Part shown: piece after piece, positions 35,869 through 44,396 of the stretch
Layout of the letters: every line of letters starts with the position of its first letter
How positions within the stretch are numbered: position 1 is the stretch's first letter
Assembly (NCBI GenBank): GCA_035994985.1
Contig: DASYKZ010000011.1
Span: 1-61,226 of the forward strand
Source of the DNA: Minisyncoccota bacterium
GTDB taxonomy: Bacteria > Patescibacteriota > Minisyncoccia > Phycocordibacterales > UBA9973
Length of the DNA stretch: 61,226 nucleotides
Direction: 5' to 3'
Translations under genes and position numbers: made by a program
Notes under the pieces: generated by a model
Database searches by the model: none
What the model saw: the letters and a program-made list of their open reading frames with translations, nothing else
What the model was told of the DNA's origin: nothing

Positions 35869-36303
35869 TTATCCTTCTTTCTTTAAATCCAAAACGTCTA
35901 GGCTCCAGGCCAAGTCCCGCAATTTATTTCCGCTTAGCCGCAATCCGTTGCTTGAAAACGTATTCATTTTATTCTCTCCGTTTGCCATCCCCTCTATGGT
36001 ATTTGTCTTCCCTCCGGTTTTTATTTGGCGTCTTTTCCATACATAAAGCTTGCTTTGGAAGCCATATTTAAAACCTGCTTCCAGCATTTCTATAAAGGGT
36101 TTGTTGTTCGGCCGGTAAAAAGTAAGCATCCCGGCAAAACCCCCTACAATTAATATAGGTATGGCTCCCCAGATGAGCCCGAGCAGTTTGTAAAACACAA
36201 AGCATATTCCGGCTCCGCCTGCCAGATAAACAAACTCCCTAAAAGTGAATGGGCCGAAAATTTTATCTTCTATTTCTAAAAATTGTGGAACTTTAAATTG
36301 CAT
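35869..36303 (-). CDS. PrgI/VirB3-like small membrane protein
   Basis: Contains FKVPQFLEIEDKIFGPFTFREF followed by two TM helices, and sits directly upstream of the VirB4 genes. Confidence 0.65.
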   Translation of the reverse strand: MQFKVPQFLEIEDKIFGPFTFREFVYLAGGAGICFVFYKLLGLIWGAIPILIVGGFAGMLTFYRPNNKPFIEMLEAGFKYGFQSKLYVWKRRQIKTGGKTNTIEGMANGENKMNTFSSNGLRLSGNKLRDLAWSLDVLDLKKEG

Positions 36304-36328
36304 AATTCATTACGTTAAGCCGGTCGCC

Positions 36329-37111
36329 CTATTCCGGAAGCATTCTGTACGGGTCTACTTTATACCCGCTTTTTGCAGAATCTCCAGTCTCTCCTGTTGG
36401 TTTTGCTGCTTCGTCCGGACCCTTCGAAATATTTTCTATGGTATGCTCAGTTTTTATTATTGGCGCTTGGACAGAACCCAGGATTTTTTGCGCTAAGAGT
36501 GGATGCATGTCGTTTGGCCGCAAATTTGCAATAGTAGGAATGTTTTCTGGATTTTCTATCTTTTTTAAGATATCTTCCCTGTTTTCTTTTAACTGATTGC
36601 CAATGCTTTCATTCTTAATTACAGGTATTGGGTCGGACTGTATTTCAATCCCCGCTGACTTTAATACTGTAGAATCTTTTTTTGTTATATTATCTCTTGG
36701 CGTGGACGTACTTATAGGAGCTGCAGTTTCCTCCTTGCCACTCTCCATAGCATTTTTCTCAAATATTCTTTTTCTCTCTGAGTTTTTAATCAATTCTTCT
36801 TTAATTTTATTAAAAACTAGGCTGTTCATCTCATTTACCAGTTCATCCGTCTCCGCTTTGGAAATTCTCATTCTGGTCTGTAATTCTTTCGGATATTCTT
36901 CGGGGGTTGTAAGTCCGCACAAAAGCAGCTCTGTCTCAAGCTCCAAGTCTCCAAGCTGTTCAAAGTTGTAGCCTTTTTTTTCGCGGAGGCTTACAATGGC
37001 CGCTTTCCAGTCCACAGCCGCGATTGCGTTCGTGGTTTCCACCGGCAACTTTGCCTTTGCGTTTTCTATCCTTATTTGTAGTAAATCTACTTCGTTATTT
37101 GAATTGTCCAT
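36329..37111 (-). CDS. Hypothetical protein (paralogous N-domain with 37128-37625)
   Basis: The shared pattern is ..DW......L......S/F E...D...ET.L.L.G. The C-terminal half is low-complexity. Confidence 0.45.
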   Translation of the reverse strand: MDNSNNEVDLLQIRIENAKAKLPVETTNAIAAVDWKAAIVSLREKKGYNFEQLGDLELETELLLCGLTTPEEYPKELQTRMRISKAETDELVNEMNSLVFNKIKEELIKNSERKRIFEKNAMESGKEETAAPISTSTPRDNITKKDSTVLKSAGIEIQSDPIPVIKNESIGNQLKENREDILKKIENPENIPTIANLRPNDMHPLLAQKILGSVQAPIIKTEHTIENISKGPDEAAKPTGETGDSAKSGYKVDPYRMLPE

Positions 37112-37127
37112 ATTTATTATTTTAGCA

Positions 37128-37625
37128 TTAATTTATCAACTTATTCTTTGTCTCTAATATATTTGAAGTGCCTAGAAGCTTATTCTTATTTTCTGTATCG
37201 GCATTAGTTTGGTTAGTGGCCTCGTCCATAAAAGCGGAATAATCTCCGCCGGAGATAATAAAATTAACGTTTTGCTCTACAGTAGGTTTTTTACTCCCAA
37301 GACCCTTCTTTATTTTTTCTTCCATGATATTTACTATCGGTTCAAATATTTTTTCAAATACTTCAGTGGCTATTTTTTCCGCGTCGTTTTTACTGGTACC
37401 CACTTCGTTTTCAAGATTGCCGACATATAAATTAGCTGATCGGATGCCGACTAATACAAGCAGGGTTTCTACCCGAAAATCATTTACTTCACTTTCACTC
37501 AGTAAATATTTTTTACCAAGCTCTTCTGTTATTTTAATCCAATCAATACTGCTGATAGCTTGCTGCATTTCTTTCGACAGCTTTGCTACTTCTTCTTTAA
37601 TTATTTGTTGTAATTTTTCAGTCAT
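37128..37625 (-). CDS. Hypothetical protein (paralogous N-domain with 36329-37111)
   Basis: See above. It is 165 aa and lies within the operon, with 5-nt and 16-nt gaps to its neighbours. Confidence 0.45.
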   Translation of the reverse strand: MTEKLQQIIKEEVAKLSKEMQQAISSIDWIKITEELGKKYLLSESEVNDFRVETLLVLVGIRSANLYVGNLENEVGTSKNDAEKIATEVFEKIFEPIVNIMEEKIKKGLGSKKPTVEQNVNFIISGGDYSAFMDEATNQTNADTENKNKLLGTSNILETKNKLIN

Positions 37626-37630
37626 AGATT

Positions 37631-40018
37631 TTATTTGGGTTTTTCTCCACTATCTACCTTTGTTCCGGCCAGTATCTTCCTCGCAGCTTCATCTGCTCCA
37701 GCTAGACTATACGCTCCTTGCTTCAATAACAAATTTCCAACTTTACTAAGTCCACCTTGTATTCCTTGAGTATAATCAACTCTAATTTTATTACTTTTAA
37801 CATCCAGCTCTGCTTTTGCCAAGTCTCTAGCTTTTTCAAGAGCTGGCAAGCCTGCATTAGTTCTGGCAGTTTTTTTCCTAGTTTTTACAGTTTCTAACTC
37901 TTCACCTAATTCCTCTGCTCTAGTATCATTGCCAGCTTTCATTGCGTCATCTATATCTTTTCTTACAGCCTCCATTTGTTTATCAAAAGTTTCTAAAGCT
38001 AGTTTTAATGGAATTGTTGCCTTACCATCTTTACCCAGAATCGCATTTCCGTCTCTATCTACCATCGCTATTTCTGTTGTTAACACTTTTTGATTAATAT
38101 CGTTCTCTGCATTATCAACAGCTTTTTTCTCCGCTGCCGTTCCTCTCTTTTCCAGTACTTCCGCTCTCTTCATCCTCTTTTCTTCCTGTTTTTTCTTCAT
38201 TTCATTCCATCCTCCTTCTTTTGCCTTACCAAATTTTATTCCAGTTGCTGATTCTAGGCTACCAAAGACTTTTAATGCACGCGGATCAAAGCTTCTATTT
38301 CTCAGAAAATCACTTGTACCTCTTAATCTATCAGCAGTGCCCGTAAACCCGGCTTTTTCCGCTGCTCCAGCTGCTTTGTTAGCAAGAGCACCCACCCCTC
38401 CTCCAATCAATTTTGTTGCTCCTCCTGATGCTGCGGTTAGGGCCAATCCTGCCACGACACCTCCGGCCATTTTTCCGTACTTTATTACAGCCTCTCCGAA
38501 ATCACCCGAGCCTTTTTTGGCGTATTCAGTTGCCTTGTGAAGCATGGTTATATATATAAGAGCAGGGATGGAAAGCATAATCAGCGTACGGGTAACTGAT
38601 GCATTCATACTTCCATTGGATAAATTACCTAATATATTTATTTGCACTAGTTTTGAGATTATTAATAGAAAGAACATAAAAACCGGAGCCATAAAGGCGA
38701 TACTGATCAAGCGTTTCAGCCACGCGTCCCAGCCCAGATAATCCAAACTCTTTAATTGCGGGATAGATAAAGACATAAAAGCAAAAGGTGAAAATATAAT
38801 CAGTATCCAAAGCTCGATAAGCCGGCCTATGAATGCTAGTCCGGCTACAAAAAATGCCCAGGCGGCAAATAAAAAGACAGCGCCACCAGTAAAAATTATT
38901 GCCAATGCAACGGATGCGGGAAGTTTTTTCTCATCACTGCTAATCAAGCCTCCGATAGCTTGTCCCAGATAGGTACAAGGATTTTTTTCAAGACCAATAC
39001 CAATTTGACTTGCCGCCCCATTCGCTAAAGTGTATGTGAGACAAGGGCCGGAAAAATAGCTTGCATATCCGCCGATAGCCTCGCCTGTCCCTGAATAATT
39101 ACCAGTAGTTATAGTGCTTGCCAAATCTTTATTGGTAGTAGGGTTTAAAAAATTAGTCGGATTAAAACCCGCTACTATGCCTCCGGCAATATCTTTTTCT
39201 TCTACTTGAGTTTTATTTTTGTCTGTGGCTGGTAAATAAGGAATTCCGCCGTCATTTATTGTTGCACCGGTTACTGCTGATGTTCCAGCGCCCACAGCTT
39301 TTGCTGTGGCGGTAGGAGGATGTACACTTATTTTATTATAGAAAATTAAAGCGAGAATATTCGAAGAATCTATCACTACCTCAGTCATAAACATACTAAA
39401 GTTTATCAGCAACGCAGCTACAATAACTTGTACTATCATTTTTTTAATTTCGGCGCCGCCAAGCCCCAAAATCATTTTAATAGCGATATACAGCAACACC
39501 ATTATAAAGAAGATGTTAGAGAAATCTCTTATAATTCTCCATGCTTCTGGCAAAAAATTACTCTTATACAAAACAGTGCTTAATGTCAGTGACAGCATTA
39601 TATTAAATATATATGCCGTCATATATAAAATTTTAGAACCCAATGTTATAAATATGAGGAAAAAAAATCTTATAATACAACCCTCAATAATTGCATCGCT
39701 TCCCAGGCTGCATTTTCCAAAAAGGGCTTCTGTTTTTGCTTGTTCTTGTTCCTCGGCTGCCTTTTTTTCTGCGTCTGTTTGCTGGGCAGCTGTAGGCGTT
39801 GGCGGAGTATTTTTAACCCAGCTTATATATGTTCCATTTCTTATATTCTTACATTCTGTTTCTGTTAAAGTATCTGTGCGTATTTCATCACGGTCCCCTT
39901 TCGCAGTACTATACGTACAAGTTCCCGGAGGCTCGTTTTCTGCTTGTACGCTTAACATCGGAGTAAAAAATCCTCCTGCTATTATTAATATTAAAATATA
40001 TGGTAAGAATTTCTTCAT
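37631..40018 (-). CDS. TrbL/VirB6-like polytopic membrane protein with C-terminal coiled-coil tail
   Basis: The signal peptide MKKFLPYILILII is identical to that of 31152-32288. It has at least 8 hydrophobic helices, a large loop, and a charged C-terminal ~250 aa. Confidence 0.6.
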   Translation of the reverse strand: MKKFLPYILILIIAGGFFTPMLSVQAENEPPGTCTYSTAKGDRDEIRTDTLTETECKNIRNGTYISWVKNTPPTPTAAQQTDAEKKAAEEQEQAKTEALFGKCSLGSDAIIEGCIIRFFFLIFITLGSKILYMTAYIFNIMLSLTLSTVLYKSNFLPEAWRIIRDFSNIFFIMVLLYIAIKMILGLGGAEIKKMIVQVIVAALLINFSMFMTEVVIDSSNILALIFYNKISVHPPTATAKAVGAGTSAVTGATINDGGIPYLPATDKNKTQVEEKDIAGGIVAGFNPTNFLNPTTNKDLASTITTGNYSGTGEAIGGYASYFSGPCLTYTLANGAASQIGIGLEKNPCTYLGQAIGGLISSDEKKLPASVALAIIFTGGAVFLFAAWAFFVAGLAFIGRLIELWILIIFSPFAFMSLSIPQLKSLDYLGWDAWLKRLISIAFMAPVFMFFLLIISKLVQINILGNLSNGSMNASVTRTLIMLSIPALIYITMLHKATEYAKKGSGDFGEAVIKYGKMAGGVVAGLALTAASGGATKLIGGGVGALANKAAGAAEKAGFTGTADRLRGTSDFLRNRSFDPRALKVFGSLESATGIKFGKAKEGGWNEMKKKQEEKRMKRAEVLEKRGTAAEKKAVDNAENDINQKVLTTEIAMVDRDGNAILGKDGKATIPLKLALETFDKQMEAVRKDIDDAMKAGNDTRAEELGEELETVKTRKKTARTNAGLPALEKARDLAKAELDVKSNKIRVDYTQGIQGGLSKVGNLLLKQGAYSLAGADEAARKILAGTKVDSGEKPK

Positions 40019-40023
40019 TTCAA

Positions 40024-42219
40024 TTATCGTGTTGGATACGTTGGAGTGGATGAATTCTTATAATCAGCTATGTCTGTTTTGAACACTACGTCGCAGTTTA
40101 TGTCGCTATTACCGTATGAGCTACAGAATACACTCTTTTCTGTATCTTTGCTGGATTTATTAAATACGCTGTTTTCTCCGCCCGGATTTGCCCAGCCTTT
40201 TATTCTTCTCTCTTGGGAGCATGCGTCAAATGAAGTGCCCAAGCTGAAGAGCTTGTCTCTTGCGTCAGCCAATTTGTTTTCAACGTCATTTACACTGCTA
40301 GAAGTAGAGATATCCAAAATCATTCCGTCATATCTTTGTTTCAATCTTACCATTGTCGCCTCCCCTCCCGTACCTGGGTCCGGCTGTATATTTAAAGTGT
40401 TCAACTCGGCTTGGATAGACTGAAGTTTTATAAGTGTCTCTCTTATGACGTTTTCCCTTGCAGTCATAGTATCTGCCTGTTCGTTTATGATACTTATTGA
40501 GCTTACCGCGCTTAGATAACTCGTAGTTCCCGGAAGCTCAAGCTTCATTTTATTGGTCAGCCATTCCTTGAATGAATCAGCTGCCGATTTTTTATTGTTA
40601 TATGTCGCATCGTCAGAGCTTGTTTTTTGTATATCCGCATCCAATCTGGCCTGCCATCCGAGGTTTGGCCCAGGTATGCACATGTCGAGCTCTTGTGTTT
40701 TTGGCCAGATACTGTCAAATAGCTGCAAAAGCCCTGGAGTGTATGCCAAGTCATTTGTCATCTTGCCGTTGGCGGAGCCATCTATCGATATGATTTCTTT
40801 GTTTCCATTAGCTATGGCATTTTGCACGTCTTTTTTGAAAGTTCCAAGAACCACAATTTCGTCTGGTCCTCCCCAATTGAATCCGGTACTGGTTCCGGTA
40901 TTTGGGTCGCTGCCCAGGGTCTGGCCATCATAGCTGAAGTTATCGTTATTATTATTAGCGCTGCTTCCTGTTTTACTAGAAAGAGCATTTAGTCCGGAAG
41001 ACATCAATTTATTTAACAAAGCATCGAAAATTGCTGAAAGGCTGTTGCCCATAGCCGCCCCCAACTCAGTTTGAGAAAAAGGACCATTTACGGCTTTTAT
41101 TATTTGTCCGGCTACCACAGACCCCGGAGTAGTGTTTATTAGACCCGAACTTCCGTCAGGTCTTGGTGGGCATACTTTTGTACTTATCCAGTCAGCTTGT
41201 GTTTTGTCAAAAGCTTTAACTGCTGCCTGATACTTAGCATTACATTGTCTATATTCAGGAGTGTTATATCTTCCAACAAAATCTTCATCGCAAGTATTTA
41301 CTGGCCGGGTACCTATAACTTTATAGCTTGGTGGTTGCTGAAATTCATTCTTAAGATTATTATAGCTGGGATTTGTAGAACAAGTCTGCGGCGATAAGAA
41401 ACCTTGACCTTGGGCGAGCAGGTCTTTAATTGTGTTTGCCGGACTAGATTCTGTGCCGGACAGCCTTCTCGCCTGTTCTTCCCCGACCAGGAGGTTGTAC
41501 CCTATTTCGTTATTTTGCGGAAACTGGGTAGTCAGCAGAAAACCGTCCCATCCGCCGGTGCTGAAATCGCTTCTAAATCTATCCAGTAAAGCTGGGTCGT
41601 TTGTGACTTTACTCAAAGAGTATTGAGAATTTTGCTCAAAAGTACTTTTAAAGCTGTTTATAATGCCAAGTGCGGCATTTTTACCAAAGGGCTGTCTGAC
41701 GCTGTCATGACCAATAGTATTTACTAAATCCCTAATTTCAAATTTTGCTATATCTTTAAAGAAAGACCCCGGATTTTCCAGGAAAAGCGGTGCGCCGTGA
41801 AAGCCGGTATTTATCCAGTTTACCGTACTTTGGGTCATTTGGGCGAGCAACCTTCGGGCCGCAAATTTAAGGATATCTTTCAGAACCTCTTTGAGACACT
41901 CTTTATTTTTTAAATTTAGTTCGCCCTTGGCGGTTCCTAATATCGCTCCTGATATATTAGTAACTCCTGTATCATGAGTTGGCACCGCTAGTACTCCAGC
42001 TGCCGTTCCCGCAGCCTGTCCCGCCGTTCCCGCAGCCTGTCCCGCCGCTATCGCTGCTGCGCAAGCGCTTGCCGATTCCTGTTGGGCAGCCGTTTTTTTG
42101 GGTATAAAAAACAGAAAAGCGGGCATTAGTATCAAAACCATCAGAAGAATAGAAATAAATTTTTGAATTTTCTTATTTTTAATTGTTATTTTTTCTTTCA
42201 TTTTATTATAATTATACAA
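40024..42219 (-). CDS. Large membrane-anchored/secreted protein of unknown function
   Basis: It has an N-terminal TM, an Ala/Gly/Gln/Thr repeat, and about 650 extracytoplasmic residues. There is a 5-nt gap to the VirB6-like gene. Confidence 0.5.
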   Translation of the reverse strand: MYNYNKMKEKITIKNKKIQKFISILLMVLILMPAFLFFIPKKTAAQQESASACAAAIAAGQAAGTAGQAAGTAAGVLAVPTHDTGVTNISGAILGTAKGELNLKNKECLKEVLKDILKFAARRLLAQMTQSTVNWINTGFHGAPLFLENPGSFFKDIAKFEIRDLVNTIGHDSVRQPFGKNAALGIINSFKSTFEQNSQYSLSKVTNDPALLDRFRSDFSTGGWDGFLLTTQFPQNNEIGYNLLVGEEQARRLSGTESSPANTIKDLLAQGQGFLSPQTCSTNPSYNNLKNEFQQPPSYKVIGTRPVNTCDEDFVGRYNTPEYRQCNAKYQAAVKAFDKTQADWISTKVCPPRPDGSSGLINTTPGSVVAGQIIKAVNGPFSQTELGAAMGNSLSAIFDALLNKLMSSGLNALSSKTGSSANNNNDNFSYDGQTLGSDPNTGTSTGFNWGGPDEIVVLGTFKKDVQNAIANGNKEIISIDGSANGKMTNDLAYTPGLLQLFDSIWPKTQELDMCIPGPNLGWQARLDADIQKTSSDDATYNNKKSAADSFKEWLTNKMKLELPGTTSYLSAVSSISIINEQADTMTARENVIRETLIKLQSIQAELNTLNIQPDPGTGGEATMVRLKQRYDGMILDISTSSSVNDVENKLADARDKLFSLGTSFDACSQERRIKGWANPGGENSVFNKSSKDTEKSVFCSSYGNSDINCDVVFKTDIADYKNSSTPTYPTR

Positions 42220-42229
42220 TTTATGCCTA

Positions 42230-43093
42230 TTATTTCAATCTTTGGTTTATAGTATTTGCTAAATTATTAGTAGCTACCTCCAGCGCATCAGCATTTGTCT
42301 CATACTGGCTTATGCCACTCATTGCTACTATGACATCCGTGTCATAAACCCGTATATCGCTTACATTTTCTGAAAGCTTTTCAAGCGCATTGAGCATGTT
42401 TAAATGCAAATATGCCAAGCTTGGGGGTACATTTACCTGAGACATGTCCCGTATGATGTTGTTCATTTGTTTTATTATCGGGTCAAGCTGGGGTAGAACT
42501 GTTTCATCAATATCATTTTCATCAATTATTAATTTTTGCAATATGTAAGTTACTGTATATTTTATAGGGTATTTCGCATAAATTTTATTGAGCGTATCGT
42601 TGTAATTTTTTACTGCTTGCTTGCTGTCGTCTTGTATCACTTTCATATCAGTATAAACAAATATTTTTTTAGCTTGCGGATTTTGTATTTTCCCCATCAA
42701 TGAATCCGTCAAAGTGTCTACCGTGGATTGGTCCACCCCGCCTGCTTGGTTCAGGGCGGCGACAGTAGAAAAAAGCTCCCTCGAAAATTGGTCTGTCTGG
42801 GTAAGCGCCCCTTCGTCTCCTTGTATATTTAAATTAAGCTCACCATTTTGCGCTGTTTGCCCCTGCCGCCTGGCTATTTCAATATTATCCGGCACTCCGT
42901 CGTCATTCGTGTCTTTTTTGGTGGGGTCAGTGCCGTACAAGCTTTCTTGCCAGTCCGATACTCCGTCTTCATCTGTGTCTCTCTCTACGAGGTCTGCAAC
43001 CTGTTCATTTCCGTTATACACCAAGCCGTCTGCCCTTGTATTTTTAAAGATAGTTTTGTTCTTAAAAAGGAAAAGAGACACGACAAAAAGCAC
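42230..43093 (-). CDS. Membrane-anchored protein with thrombospondin type 3-like Ca-binding repeats
   Basis: It has an N-terminal TM and DTDEDGVSDWQE..GTDPTKKDTNDDGVPDN. It is the first gene of the cluster. Confidence 0.5.
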   Translation of the reverse strand: MLFVVSLFLFKNKTIFKNTRADGLVYNGNEQVADLVERDTDEDGVSDWQESLYGTDPTKKDTNDDGVPDNIEIARRQGQTAQNGELNLNIQGDEGALTQTDQFSRELFSTVAALNQAGGVDQSTVDTLTDSLMGKIQNPQAKKIFVYTDMKVIQDDSKQAVKNYNDTLNKIYAKYPIKYTVTYILQKLIIDENDIDETVLPQLDPIIKQMNNIIRDMSQVNVPPSLAYLHLNMLNALEKLSENVSDIRVYDTDVIVAMSGISQYETNADALEVATNNLANTINQRLK

Positions 43094-43243
43094 CGCAAGA
43101 GCTATAAAAATAACCTTTTTTTGTTTTAACCAGCTTAATTTAATTATGTTTTTATTATATCATTTTTTAAAATTAATAGTGCCAAAAATTCATCTGTTAA
43201 TAAGTATATTAGTTCAAAAAAAGATTAAGAGTATAATGGATAT

Positions 43244-43615
43244 ATGAAAAATTACCCACATATCTTTTTTGTCGCGGTGGCGGTACTTTTTGTGGTATTT
43301 GTAAATCTGCTTTTACCTCAACAAAGCCTTGCTGTTTCAGCATTTGGAGGACAAATTCCAAAAGAAGGAGGGCCAACTGGCCTGTCAGTTCTTCCGTGTA
43401 CAAATGGCCTTCTTTTAACAATTGGACCTCCCAGAGGAGGCTTATTTTTACTACCGCCAACAGCAAAAGTTTACGCACATTACGGTATTGTGCCCACTGT
43501 GTGGACATTAGGTCTATTTATACCAGGAGGAGTATGCACGATTGGGCCATTACACATTCCGGCAACAGGGACCATTGTAAATATAGGTGTCTCGCTCCCT
43601 TCTCCTTCGCAGTAA
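43244..43615 (+). CDS. Small secreted hypothetical protein
   Basis: It has a signal peptide (…LLLPQQSLAVSA) and is Gly/Pro-rich and beta-like. It is divergent from the T4SS-like cluster. TATAAT lies at 43232-43237. Confidence 0.45.
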   Translation: MKNYPHIFFVAVAVLFVVFVNLLLPQQSLAVSAFGGQIPKEGGPTGLSVLPCTNGLLLTIGPPRGGLFLLPPTAKVYAHYGIVPTVWTLGLFIPGGVCTIGPLHIPATGTIVNIGVSLPSPSQ

Positions 43616-43640
43616 ATCTTAAATTTCCAGTAAGATTTAT

Positions 43641-44396
43641 TTATCCAGTTGCTGTAAGCAATATCCAGTCTAAAAGAGACAAATCTTCCGCCCTTTTATC
43701 CCTAAAAGCTAAAAATGGCTCTTTTTGAAGATTAAGGACACTTTTCAAGTTTCCAGAGAGCTTTTTTCTCTTATGCGCAAAGCCTATTTTTACTATTTCC
43801 CAGAACTTTTTTTCATCTATTTTGTTTTCCTTAAAAATTTTGCGGGAAATGTGGTTTATGGCTATAACCGCCGAGTCCACCTTGGGAGCCGGTGAAAAAT
43901 ACCGTGCCGGCACTTTCATAACCATTTTTGGCTCGCCGTATGCCTTGACTGATATAGACAGAATGCTTTCTTTGTTGTCATGAGCCACTATTCTTTTGGC
44001 TACTTCATGCTGGACCATCAATATCATGGACTCCGGCTGGTTTTTCTCTGTCAGGAATTTTTTTAAAATAGCGCCGGTAATATTGTAGGGAATGTTGGCA
44101 ATTACCTTATAACGCAGAGGAACAGAGAAGCCTAAAATATCGCCATGTACTAGTACAAGAGAACCGGACTTTATTTGTTCAATGAATTTAATTTTTAAGA
44201 AGTCAAAAAGCTGGTTGTCTTTTTCCACGGCAATTACTTTCTTTGCTTTTTCTAAAAGTTCTCCTGTCAGCATTCCTTTTCCCGGCCCTATTTCTAGAAT
44301 TATATCATCGGACGTTATGTTTCCAGCTTCAATAATTTTTTTGAGCGCCAGTCCGGATTTTAAAAAGTTTTGTCCCAGAGATTTTTTTGCTCTCAT
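43641..44396 (-). CDS. rsmA: 16S rRNA (adenine1518/1519-N6) dimethyltransferase RsmA/KsgA
   Basis: Contains KSLGQNFL, EIGPGKGMLT and ANIPYNIT. Confidence 0.88.
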   Translation of the reverse strand: MRAKKSLGQNFLKSGLALKKIIEAGNITSDDIILEIGPGKGMLTGELLEKAKKVIAVEKDNQLFDFLKIKFIEQIKSGSLVLVHGDILGFSVPLRYKVIANIPYNITGAILKKFLTEKNQPESMILMVQHEVAKRIVAHDNKESILSISVKAYGEPKMVMKVPARYFSPAPKVDSAVIAINHISRKIFKENKIDEKKFWEIVKIGFAHKRKKLSGNLKSVLNLQKEPFLAFRDKRAEDLSLLDWILLTATG

